From positions 1,799 to 65,798 of IMG/VR virus record IMGVR_UViG_3300037483_000760: a stretch of DNA of 64,000 nucleotides. The stretch is one strand, 5' to 3'. A model generated the notes under the pieces. It had not been told where the DNA came from, made no database searches, and worked only from the letters and a program-made list of their open reading frames with translations. The position numbers and the translations under genes are program-made. Shown one piece after another: positions 10,097-18,669 of the stretch (positions are counted from its first letter, which is position 1; every line of letters starts with the position of its first letter). The stretch is from a virus. Lineage: Duplodnaviria > Caudoviricetes.

Positions 10097-11020
10097 TTAC
10101 CCCGCCGGAGCGTCCGCGGTCACACCGCCGGTCAGGCTGTTGAAGTTGCCGCCCCATTCGTCGTTGGTTCCGGCAAAATAACCGCCGGCTTCCGAGTAGG
10201 TGCCGTAGAGCGCGTTCTTGGTCACGATATTCTCGGAACCGGTGCGCAGATCGATACCGGCGGTCGTGAACTTGCCGGCGATGTTGTCGACGATCGATGC
10301 GTAGTTCATGCCCACGTCGATGTGGGTCGCGTTGTTATGGAAATGATTGCGCAGGATGCGGTGATAATTGTTGGTGCCGATTCCGGCACCGACCGTTTCG
10401 AGCAGGCTGGCGGCCGTGGCGCCGAACAGCATGTTGTCCTCGATCACGCATTGCGACAATCCGCCCTTGAACTCGATGTGGTTTTGTCCGGCGACAAACT
10501 TGCAGCCGGCGATATGCGCGTGCGAGCCGTCGCGCTCGCTGTCGTCCGCCCCACCATCGCGGAACAGTTGCACGGCCGCGGCGTCGGCCGGACCGTCGAA
10601 CAGAATATTGATAAGTCGCCATCCCTGTTGGCGGATGGTGAGAAGCGGCGTGGCGGCGGTCGCAGAGGCCGGCACGGTCCATGTCGCGGACGATGAGCCG
10701 CGGCCAGGGCTTAATGCCTCACTGTGATCGTCCGCATGACGCGGCTGATTGCCCGCGCCGATGATCGTCACGTCGAACACGCCGGCCGGTGTGCTGAGCT
10801 GTTCCTTGATTTTGCCGCGTGTAAAGATGACGTCGCCGGAATCGATGACGTCGAAGACGCGCTCCATGGTGGCGAACGGACGATTTCGCGTTTTGCCGGA
10901 GTTGCCGTCGCCGCCGATTTTCGCGTCGAGGAACCAGTATCGGCCGTACACGGACGGCGGCAAGCTGCCGAGCACCGGAATGCCGAAGCTCGCGATGCCG
11001 TGCGGATAATTGGAAGGCAT
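10097..11020 (-). CDS. Right-handed beta-helix (pectin-lyase-like) protein, probable head fibre
   Basis: 307 aa. N-terminal GDGNSGKTRNRPFATM motif is followed by repeated (I/V)xDN/xxN beta-helix turns. Directly after the capsid gene. Confidence 0.7.
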   Translation of the reverse strand: MPSNYPHGIASFGIPVLGSLPPSVYGRYWFLDAKIGGDGNSGKTRNRPFATMERVFDVIDSGDVIFTRGKIKEQLSTPAGVFDVTIIGAGNQPRHADDHSEALSPGRGSSSATWTVPASATAATPLLTIRQQGWRLINILFDGPADAAAVQLFRDGGADDSERDGSHAHIAGCKFVAGQNHIEFKGGLSQCVIEDNMLFGATAASLLETVGAGIGTNNYHRILRNHFHNNATHIDVGMNYASIVDNIAGKFTTAGIDLRTGSENIVTKNALYGTYSEAGGYFAGTNDEWGGNFNSLTGGVTADAPAG

Positions 11021-11167
11021 GGTATTCTCCTTTCGAAGCCGTTCCGCAGCCGGAGGGCGCCACGGTCATACAAGACCGCACGGAACGACGATTGGGTGAT
11101 GACGATGAGAGGGGAGTGCGGCCCGGGCCGCTAACGGCCCGGGCCTTTGTCGGATACGCGCACCGGC

Positions 11168-12082
11168 TTAGACGCCGGGGGTGCCGTACCAGCCGCGCCA
11201 GTCGGAGGTGCCAACCGAGAAACGGCACCTCACCTTGGTCTTGGCGTTGGAGGTGTCGAAGTCATTATCCTGCGACAGCACAACGGGCGCACGCATGAAC
11301 ATCTTGTTGCCGAGCCGCACGTTGGTGCGGATGAACCACGCGGTCGACGAGGTGAAATACGTGTTCACCTTGATGCCGCCGGGCAGCGCCTTGGTCGAGC
11401 GCAGCACGTTGGCGTTGTTTTCCGCGCTGTTGGATTGCAGCACCGAATCGAGAATGCGGTGAGCTTCCCATTCGAGCGCGGTCGGCACGTGCAGGCTCAC
11501 GGGCTGAATTTTCTTTTTCAGTCCGCGAGAGTTGGTGGCGTTGCGGATTTGGGTGATCATGTCCTCGATTGCCGGTTCGGACAGATCGGCCGCGTTCGTC
11601 AGAATGTTCGACTGACTGCCCACCACGGAAGGATGGGCCGGCGAGCACAGCACCTGCCCGTCGCCGATGGTGTAGCCGGCCGTGAACGCGCGGTTGGCGA
11701 TTTTGTTCGCCACCACGTTTTCCATCGTCTGGTTCATGGAGTCGGCAAGCTCGGGCGCGCGGCGCCGCGAGACGTCGGGGTAAAGGTTGTCTTCGAGTTC
11801 TTCTTCGGTCACGATGAACCCGATGCCGTAGGCCACGTGCGTGTAACGCGCCACGTAACCTTGGCTGTCGGTATCGTAGGAGACGCTGTCGCCATGCGGC
11901 TTGACGGTCGCAAGGCCGAACCCGGTGCTCTCGACTTCCTCTTCGTAAGCCTTGTCGGAAGTTTCGACGGTGACCAGGTCGGTGTATTGCGGCTCCCACG
12001 ACTCGTAGGCGCGGCCGAACCAGTTCTTGACACCCGGCCATAAAGCTTTGGGGTGGGCGCCAGTGGTGATGATACCAGCCAT
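11168..12082 (-). CDS. Major capsid protein (Mu gpT/BPP-1-like HK97 fold)
   Basis: 304 aa, with TSDKAYEEEV...GFG, YTHVAYGIGFIVTEE, DGQVLCSPAHP and C-terminal RFSVGTSDWRGWYGTPG. Confidence 0.9.
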   Translation of the reverse strand: MAGIITTGAHPKALWPGVKNWFGRAYESWEPQYTDLVTVETSDKAYEEEVESTGFGLATVKPHGDSVSYDTDSQGYVARYTHVAYGIGFIVTEEELEDNLYPDVSRRRAPELADSMNQTMENVVANKIANRAFTAGYTIGDGQVLCSPAHPSVVGSQSNILTNAADLSEPAIEDMITQIRNATNSRGLKKKIQPVSLHVPTALEWEAHRILDSVLQSNSAENNANVLRSTKALPGGIKVNTYFTSSTAWFIRTNVRLGNKMFMRAPVVLSQDNDFDTSNAKTKVRCRFSVGTSDWRGWYGTPGV

Positions 12083-12094
12083 TGTCCGGGCTCC

Positions 12095-12709
12095 TTATGC
12101 GATGCCCAGCGCAGGCTGAACCTGCGTGTGCTTGTTGATGAGAACATCCCAAATGGCGTAGTCGGAACCGAGCTCGTTGTTGGCGAGCCGGCGGGACAGG
12201 CCGAGAATGAGAAGCTGGTTGGTGGCGGTAGCGTCAGGGCCGTCGGAAGTGCCACCGTCGAGCGCCCAGCCGGACAGCCCGGTTGCCGTCGAGCCGGAAC
12301 CGGTGATCAGGTTGGCATTGAGCCCCACGGTATCGCCGTCAAGCTCGCCGCCGCCATCGTCCTGGACTTCGAAGACGATGTTGGGGTCGTCCGCCACCAG
12401 GGCGAGTGCCTCGGTGGAAGCCGGTTTATAGATCGGCGAGGTTGCCTGCACCGGCAGGAAACCGACGATGACGCCGCTGATGGCGTTGGCATCGCCGCCG
12501 GTGGCGATCTCGATGGTGTTCAGTGACCCCGCCGGCATGCCGAAATATTCGGCCGCGTTGGAGTTACCGACCACCACGACGGGATCGCCGATGTAGAGCG
12601 CCGTGGCATAGCCGGCCGCGACGTAGTACGGGGTCACTTTCCCGTTCCATGGAGAGCCGTTGCGGTATCGCACAGGGCGAAGACCGAACGGCGCATTGGT
12701 ATTCGCCAT
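12095..12709 (-). CDS. Capsid decoration/cement protein
   Basis: 204 aa starting MANTNAPFGLRPV. Lies immediately upstream of the capsid gene. Confidence 0.7.
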   Translation of the reverse strand: MANTNAPFGLRPVRYRNGSPWNGKVTPYYVAAGYATALYIGDPVVVVGNSNAAEYFGMPAGSLNTIEIATGGDANAISGVIVGFLPVQATSPIYKPASTEALALVADDPNIVFEVQDDGGGELDGDTVGLNANLITGSGSTATGLSGWALDGGTSDGPDATATNQLLILGLSRRLANNELGSDYAIWDVLINKHTQVQPALGIA

Positions 12710-12794
12710 TGCTCGTCTCCTAATGGCGACGGATCAGCGATCCGCGCCGTTGGAATTTTTTGAAAAGAGGGTGAATGGCGACAGGCAGTCCGCT

Positions 12795-13283
12795 TCAGTC
12801 GTCCTGGAATTTGATTCCGTCTTTGGGGACGTAGCGGTTGTCGCCGGGTTTTCGTCCGATCTGCCCGCCCCGCAGGGCGGCGTCGATTTCGTCGGCATCG
12901 CGCTCGTTGCGCTTCATGTCTTCGTCGAACCATTCCTGCGGGATTTCCATCAAGAACAGTTGCATGCCGCCGCGCCCTGCAATGCAGGTCACCGGCTGGC
13001 CGTTTTCCATCACATGTGAATAGCCGGCTTCCTGAGCTTCGGTGACCTTGCTGCGGCGGCCTTTTTCGATCATCTCGGGGTCGTCGAGGAACCAGTACCG
13101 GTAATAGCCGGGACGCTGCGCATAGGCGAGCTTGTAGCGGTCGCCGCCGAACGGCTTGCGCACGAATGGCTTGCCGCCGTCCTCGCGCTCGATGCCACCG
13201 GCGTTTTTGTTCGTCTCGGGTTGCGGCCGTGCCGGCTGCGGTTTGGCGTTCTGTTTTTCGTCGAGAAGATTGGTCTGTGCCAT
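12795..13283 (-). CDS. Conserved head-module protein
   Basis: About 162 aa between the scaffold and decoration genes (RPGYYRYWFLD...AQEAGYSHV). Confidence 0.65.
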   Translation of the reverse strand: MAQTNLLDEKQNAKPQPARPQPETNKNAGGIEREDGGKPFVRKPFGGDRYKLAYAQRPGYYRYWFLDDPEMIEKGRRSKVTEAQEAGYSHVMENGQPVTCIAGRGGMQLFLMEIPQEWFDEDMKRNERDADEIDAALRGGQIGRKPGDNRYVPKDGIKFQDD

Positions 13284-13288
13284 GTCGG

Positions 13289-14251
13289 TCAATCCCATTG
13301 ATAGTCGGTGACGTATTGTTCCTTGGTGAACTTCGGGTCGAGCTTCGCAAACCGGTGATAGGCGTCCTTGGCCTCTCTCGGCAGGTCTTCGAAGGTGCGG
13401 CCTTTCTTGGGCGGCGGCCGATGACTGCCGTTGGGCAGCGCCACCGAAGCCGCGCCGTTGCGCCGCTCGTTCTGGAATTTGTCCGGGAAGCGGCGTTTCA
13501 CCTCGGCCGTCACCTCTTTCAGGTTGTCGGCGAGCGACAGCTCCGGTTTTTCTTGCAGCAACTGCCCGTGATAGACGGTCGCATAATTATTGAGGAGCGG
13601 ATCGGTCTTGAACCAAGAATTATCATCGCCCCATTTGGTGACGATGGGATCGACCTGCGGCGTGATCGGCGCCGGCTCCGGTTCGGGTTTCGGCGGAGGC
13701 TCGGGCTCGACTGCGGGCTTGCGATTGCGCAACTCGGTCAGTTCGGCATCGGCGCGGTTGAATGCGTCCGGGTCCGCGCTGCGCACGGCTTCGTCGCGCA
13801 CGCTCATCAGTTCGCGTTCGCGCTCTTCGTAGCCGCGCTTGTAGGCGTTTTCGTTGAACTTGCGGAATTCCTGAAACGCCTGTGTCGCTTCGCTCACCCG
13901 CTTGGTGGCTTCCTTGGCCTGTACCTCAAGCTCCTTGATGCGCGCCTGCGCTTCGGTAAGCTGGGAATCGAGATTGCGGTTGCGCGCGGCCATGACCGGC
14001 AGAATCTGCTCGCCGCGCTTGATATATTCGTCCGCCGACATGAACCCGTGCTTGGGCGGCTCGCCCCGCCATTCGCTTTCCGGCACATAGCCGATGCGGC
14101 GGGCGCGGGCTTCCGTCTCGGCTTGCGCGGCGGCAAGCTGTTCGGCGGCTTCGTTGTCCTCTTGATTCGGCTCCGGTGCGTCTGCTGCGGAATCGAGGGC
14201 GTCGAGATCGGGATCGAGTTCGGTATCCACGTCGGTGTTATCGGTCGTCAT
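13289..14251 (-). CDS. Scaffolding protein
   Basis: 320 aa with an acidic N-terminus, a long coiled coil and a Pro-rich linker. Located between portal and capsid. Confidence 0.75.
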   Translation of the reverse strand: MTTDNTDVDTELDPDLDALDSAADAPEPNQEDNEAAEQLAAAQAETEARARRIGYVPESEWRGEPPKHGFMSADEYIKRGEQILPVMAARNRNLDSQLTEAQARIKELEVQAKEATKRVSEATQAFQEFRKFNENAYKRGYEERERELMSVRDEAVRSADPDAFNRADAELTELRNRKPAVEPEPPPKPEPEPAPITPQVDPIVTKWGDDNSWFKTDPLLNNYATVYHGQLLQEKPELSLADNLKEVTAEVKRRFPDKFQNERRNGAASVALPNGSHRPPPKKGRTFEDLPREAKDAYHRFAKLDPKFTKEQYVTDYQWD

Positions 14252-14263
14252 TGTCGTTCCTCG

Positions 14264-14653
14264 TCAGTTGTCGCGCATGACCGCGCCGACCGCGCGGTCT
14301 TCCATGACGCGATAGAGTTTTTCGTCGTTGCCGTAGAGGATTTCTCCGGCGTACTTGGTGAACATCACGCGCTCGCCGGGTTTCGGTTTTTGCCCTTCGT
14401 ACTTGCGGGTGCGGTCGCCGTTCCAGGTAAAGGCATCGTCGCCCATGGCGATCAGCACGCCCGTGATCGCGGCGGCGTCGTGGGTTTCCTTGCTTTCGTC
14501 GGTGAATTGAATCCCGCCCGCGCTCTTGGTCGGTGCGCGGTCTGTCAACACGATAATGCGGTCACCCGTCGCCACCCATCCGGATTCGTTTTTTCCGTTC
14601 CATTCCGCCGGCTCGTATTGCGCATAGAAGGTCTTGATCAGTCGCGGTTTCAT
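14264..14653 (-). CDS. GroES/Cpn10-like co-chaperonin
   Basis: GDRIIV...KSAGGI...TGVLIAMG...KPGERVMFTKYAGE...YRVMEDRAVGAV follows the Cpn10 pattern. Confidence 0.8.
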   Translation of the reverse strand: MKPRLIKTFYAQYEPAEWNGKNESGWVATGDRIIVLTDRAPTKSAGGIQFTDESKETHDAAAITGVLIAMGDDAFTWNGDRTRKYEGQKPKPGERVMFTKYAGEILYGNDEKLYRVMEDRAVGAVMRDN

Positions 14654-14952
14654 TCGTTCTCCGTTTCGGTTTGCTGCCGGTCTTCGCCGATTTCGTAAAA
14701 GGCCGCGATGTGATCGAACTGCAAGGTCGCTATTTCTTCGGTGACCTTGATCCGCCATCGCGCCTCGTGTTCGCGTTCCGGCGCCAAGGGCCCGGCTTGC
14801 CACTCTCGTTGAATCTCGTCGAGAACGCGCGCGCGGTAGTCCTTCAGGTATTGCAGGAAAACCGCGCTGACCGGGTTATGCCGCCAGGACTGGAAGTCCC
14901 GCTGCGTTATTCCCTTCACCTTGGGGTCCTGCTTGTTGCTGTTGTTCTCCAC
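14650..14952 (-). CDS. Hypothetical protein
   Basis: About 100 aa. Overlaps the portal 3' end and is coupled to the GroES-like gene; start uncertain. Confidence 0.5.
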   Translation of the reverse strand: MENNSNKQDPKVKGITQRDFQSWRHNPVSAVFLQYLKDYRARVLDEIQREWQAGPLAPEREHEARWRIKVTEEIATLQFDHIAAFYEIGEDRQQTETENE

Positions 14953-17017
14953 GCGGCAATCCTTCGATGTCCTGTTTGAGTATTTCGAACTGCTGATCGA
15001 CGAAGGCCATGGCGCGTTCGCCCGCTTCCTTGTTGGCCTTGGCGATGTTGAGCAATGCCGACGCCAGGTCTTTCACGGCCGCCGCCCGCGTCTTGATGGA
15101 TTCGTTGACGAGTTGCGCTTGCATCACGACGAGCTGTGGTGACGGCCCCGACTGTGGCGGTGCGAACAGCTTGTCGATGTCGTCGACATTGGCGGCGGCA
15201 AACACCCGCTTGCGGATTTCCATGCCGTCGCATGCCGGATCGTTCTGGTAGCCTTGCAGGAACTGCGCGCGCGCGAGTTTCTGCATGTCCGACACCATGG
15301 CGGGATCGGAGATGGGAGCGACGCCGGAGCCCAACTCATAATCGCGCTGCGTGATGACGCGCCATTCCCCGTTGGCGCGGTATTCCATCGTCCTTTCGCC
15401 GTAGACGCGATTGAGCCGATAGAGCTTGTCGTATTCGCTCTTGAGCGCGCGATGGATGCGCTTGTAGATCGCGGTGAAAACTTTCAAGCCCTGCTCGATC
15501 AGCGCAAGCAGCGTCGTGGGCTGGATGGTCTGGGCGGCGGCCTCGCCCATCAGAACGTCCTTGACCGATGCGATTTCCTTGCCGGCGTCGATCAACATGC
15601 CGAGCAATTGGAACAACACAACGGAGGGCCCCGGCTGTGGCAGGTCGACAATGGCGTCGCGGATGGCGGCGCCCGGGGCATTCACCACCTTGTACTCGCC
15701 CGGCTTAAAGCGGACGGCGCCGGAATGCATCGACAGCCCGCGCCCGATGAACCCGCCACCGACCACCTGCCGATGACCGGCGTCGATCAGCATGTTGATC
15801 GTGGTGTTGGCGGCGGCATTGATCGGCCGCAGCAACTGGCCGAAGCCGATGCCATAAATGCCGCCGTCCGGATTCGGCAGAAAATCGAACTTGGTGTAGT
15901 AGTGAACCGGCTTTATTTTGGCGATTTTGCCTTGCGGGTCGACCATGACGCCTTCGGCGTCAAAACGCGCGACGATACGAACGACTTTCGCTGTCGCCTT
16001 GTGCACGGTGACAACATACGGCTCGGCATAGCCGTCGTCGTCCAAATCCCAGCGGCGGTGCTGTTCGAGAAATTCATGTGGGGCGTCGTCATCGCCTTGT
16101 CCGTCCGGCGAGGTGCCGTAGCCTGCCTCGTTTTCGAGGAAGCAGCCGGCGTTTTCCATTTCTTGAATTTCGATGGGATAGAAGCGGACGATTTCAGTGA
16201 TGCGTGGCGCGCGTTCAATCGACTTGGCGTGGTAATTAATCGCGACGCTTTGCGCCGGGGCCATGACCGAGACATTACGCTGGTCGCTCGGGTCGAAATA
16301 GGTTTTACGGAACACGCACCCGACGACCGGCAGGATGTGCAGCAGCGTATCGGTCTCGCATTCCCACTCACTCATTTCTTCGAGCAACTGGTAGGACATA
16401 TGCGAGCCGATGGCGTCGGCGCGGCGCTGTTTGGCGAACGGCGGCGCGCGCCAGACCGGTTGTGGACCTTGCGGAGTGAGATTGATCGCGGGCGACCCGT
16501 CCGGCGCCATGACCGGTTCGCCGTCGTCTTTCCCGACCACGACGCCCTTGACCACGTTGCGCCCGGCGATGATCGCCGGATAGGCGCGCGCCGCGAATTG
16601 CATCGCCGCCGTGGTCATCAGCGGATAGACGACGTTGGAGGCGTTCGGCCACGGATAGGATTTCTGTTCCGTGATCTGCATTGCGAGCTTGATGGCCTCC
16701 TCGCTTTGCGTCATCCAATCCGAACGGCTGGTTTCGTCGATCTCGTATTCCTTGACGACGCGCTGGCCGATCTGGCCCAAAGTCTCTTCGTCCAGGTCTT
16801 CGGCAATATTGGTTTTGTCGATCCAGGCGAGTAGCTTCTTATGGCGCTCGCTGTTCTTGTCCTGCTCCCTTTGATCGTCGCCGGGCTCTATCGACGCGGC
16901 CGCTTCTTCGCCCATCTCCATAGGCACACCGTCCGACATCGTGTCGGGTCCGGCATCCATCGGCGGCAATGGTGCCGCTGTCAGGTCGGAAGCCTGTGCG
17001 CTATCGATAAAGGACAT
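14876..17017 (-). CDS. Portal protein
   Basis: 713 aa with KSYPWPNASNV, RKTYFD, DGGIYGIGFG and a helical C-terminal barrel. Expected position. Confidence 0.9.
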   Translation of the reverse strand: MSFIDSAQASDLTAAPLPPMDAGPDTMSDGVPMEMGEEAAASIEPGDDQREQDKNSERHKKLLAWIDKTNIAEDLDEETLGQIGQRVVKEYEIDETSRSDWMTQSEEAIKLAMQITEQKSYPWPNASNVVYPLMTTAAMQFAARAYPAIIAGRNVVKGVVVGKDDGEPVMAPDGSPAINLTPQGPQPVWRAPPFAKQRRADAIGSHMSYQLLEEMSEWECETDTLLHILPVVGCVFRKTYFDPSDQRNVSVMAPAQSVAINYHAKSIERAPRITEIVRFYPIEIQEMENAGCFLENEAGYGTSPDGQGDDDAPHEFLEQHRRWDLDDDGYAEPYVVTVHKATAKVVRIVARFDAEGVMVDPQGKIAKIKPVHYYTKFDFLPNPDGGIYGIGFGQLLRPINAAANTTINMLIDAGHRQVVGGGFIGRGLSMHSGAVRFKPGEYKVVNAPGAAIRDAIVDLPQPGPSVVLFQLLGMLIDAGKEIASVKDVLMGEAAAQTIQPTTLLALIEQGLKVFTAIYKRIHRALKSEYDKLYRLNRVYGERTMEYRANGEWRVITQRDYELGSGVAPISDPAMVSDMQKLARAQFLQGYQNDPACDGMEIRKRVFAAANVDDIDKLFAPPQSGPSPQLVVMQAQLVNESIKTRAAAVKDLASALLNIAKANKEAGERAMAFVDQQFEILKQDIEGLPRGEQQQQAGPQGEGNNAAGLPVLAA

Positions 17018-17028
17018 GCGGAATCCAA

Positions 17029-17367
17029 TCAGCCGAGCTTCAACCCGATCAACGTGCTCACCGCGTATCTATCGTTCGCGATGCGATGCGTTTGCATGGA
17101 ATCGGCCATGGTGATGCGCCACAAGTCGACGTCGGGTTTTCCACCCATGAATTTGATGGCCGCCGGTTTTTTCTTCTCGATCAAGGCGAGCACCTGATCG
17201 CACCAAGACTCGACCGCGGCTGAGGACCTGAGAAACAGGGCGGGCGGAGCATCGTCGGCCTCGTTCTTTGTGCCGCCCGAGCACACCCAAGCTTCCTCAT
17301 CGGACTTCATCGCATCATCGACCGGACACGCGTCCGCGATCTTGGCAAGGGCTTCCTTGAGGGTCAT
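17029..17367 (-). CDS. Hypothetical protein
   Basis: 112-aa ORF coupled in the operon between TerL and portal. Confidence 0.55.
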   Translation of the reverse strand: MTLKEALAKIADACPVDDAMKSDEEAWVCSGGTKNEADDAPPALFLRSSAAVESWCDQVLALIEKKKPAAIKFMGGKPDVDLWRITMADSMQTHRIANDRYAVSTLIGLKLG

Positions 17368-17606
17368 GTCTGCTTCTGCCGCGACGGCGTGATATGCACC
17401 ATCGGTTTGGTCGGCGTGAATGTCTCGCGATAGAACTGCTTGCCGTTTTTCTCGCCGCTATGAGAAACCACGTAGCCGTTCGCGATCTTTCGGATGCTCA
17501 TGCTCACACGCTCATCCATGGTGCCCGCCGTGGCCAGCATCGGCGGTCTCGTCATCCCGCGATGCTTGCCGTTCGATTTGCCGGCGCTGCGTTTTTCCAT
17601 GGTCAA
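17364..17606 (-). CDS. Hypothetical protein
   Basis: 80-aa basic ORF coupled by ATGA overlap. Confidence 0.55.
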   Translation of the reverse strand: MTMEKRSAGKSNGKHRGMTRPPMLATAGTMDERVSMSIRKIANGYVVSHSGEKNGKQFYRETFTPTKPMVHITPSRQKQT

Positions 17607-17803
17607 TACATCCTGGCGGTGTAGTTCATCGCCATCTTGCGTTTGGCGCCGGACTGACCGTTTCCCGCCGAGCCGGGCTTGGTGCGAGTGTCGCTCGCAG
17701 CCGCGCCGGATAACTCAGGCATGTCCTCGCCCATGGCGATGCGCTTGTGCAACGGGATCATATCGCGGTCGGCCTTGGGCATAGTGTCGGAATTCATTTT
17801 CAT
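17603..17803 (-). CDS. Hypothetical protein
   Basis: ATG 17803 preceded by GGGGA; coupled to the downstream ORF. Confidence 0.45.
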   Translation of the reverse strand: MKMNSDTMPKADRDMIPLHKRIAMGEDMPELSGAAASDTRTKPGSAGNGQSGAKRKMAMNYTARMY

Positions 17804-17840
17804 GGCGTCGTCCCCGTCTTCTGCGGTGCGTTTCTGCCGC

Positions 17841-18134
17841 TCAACTCGGTTCCGCTTTGGTGTTGTCGTCTGAAAGCTTTTCTTTGACAATTTCGTAATG
17901 CAAAAACGTCACGGCTGAAACAAGCCCGTGACCGGTTGGTTCATCCGGTGCTGACACCCATGCGGTGAATGTCGCGTTCCCCCGATCAACGAACGCATAC
18001 GCGAATGCCCTGATCTTTCCCTCTCGCGCCAGCGCTACAAGTTCTTCCAACCTGCCGACAACAGTTTCGTCCGCGCCTTTGTTTGTCACATTGGCGGCGA
18101 CAAGGGCTCCTGGCATTGCCAATACGTCAGCCAT
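17841..18134 (-). CDS. Hypothetical protein
   Basis: 97 aa; GGAG RBS upstream. Confidence 0.55.
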   Translation of the reverse strand: MADVLAMPGALVAANVTNKGADETVVGRLEELVALAREGKIRAFAYAFVDRGNATFTAWVSAPDEPTGHGLVSAVTFLHYEIVKEKLSDDNTKAEPS

Positions 18135-18184
18135 TGATTTCTACGGCTCCGCCGTTGGTGTTGTCGTCGGGTGGCCAATGGTCA

Positions 18185-18469
18185 TCAGCGCCTCTGCTTT
18201 ACCCGATATGCTGCGAGGCGCTTCGCGCGGCCCTTGACTAAGAAAAACGCTAGAAAAATCTCGTTAAGAGCAAAATCACAATCTAAGCAGACCGCCACCT
18301 TGCGATGGTCATTCGCACAACACGACCATTGATGCACCGCGCGGGCGCCACACCCGGCACACGCCACACCGTGCTTCATCTCATCGATAGTGTATGGCCG
18401 CTTTCTGCCAAGCGTCTTCGCCAATTTTTTTGCCTTCGCCGCGCAGGACCTTAGCGCGTTACCCGACAA
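18185..18469 (-). CDS. Small Cys-rich (CxxC..C..CxxC) putative zinc-binding protein
   Basis: CAGC...WSCCAND...CLDC motifs. Confidence 0.5.
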   Translation of the reverse strand: MSGNALRSCAAKAKKLAKTLGRKRPYTIDEMKHGVACAGCGARAVHQWSCCANDHRKVAVCLDCDFALNEIFLAFFLVKGRAKRLAAYRVKQRR

Positions 18470-18665
18470 GCCTCAGGTGACTTTCACCAAGCCGTTCTTT
18501 TTCGAGCTTGGCGCGTTTCACGTCCAGCGCCGCGAGTTCTTCGGTCAATGCGGCAGCCCGGCGCAGCTCTTTGGCCGCGCATTCACGTGCGATTTGAAGC
18601 AATTGCCCAACGATCATTTGCTTGCGCCACGGTTCGGCGCCTTCTTCAAGGCGTGTGTCGTGCAT
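18459..18665 (-). CDS. Hypothetical coiled-coil protein
   Basis: 68 aa, right after the TerL stop. Confidence 0.45.
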   Translation of the reverse strand: MHDTRLEEGAEPWRKQMIVGQLLQIARECAAKELRRAAALTEELAALDVKRAKLEKERLGESHLRLVG

Positions 18666-18669
18666 TAGA

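Noticed and set aside
13166-16834. Long plus-strand ORFs (510 aa and 526 aa)
   Set aside because: Antisense shadows of the scaffold, GroES-like and portal genes.
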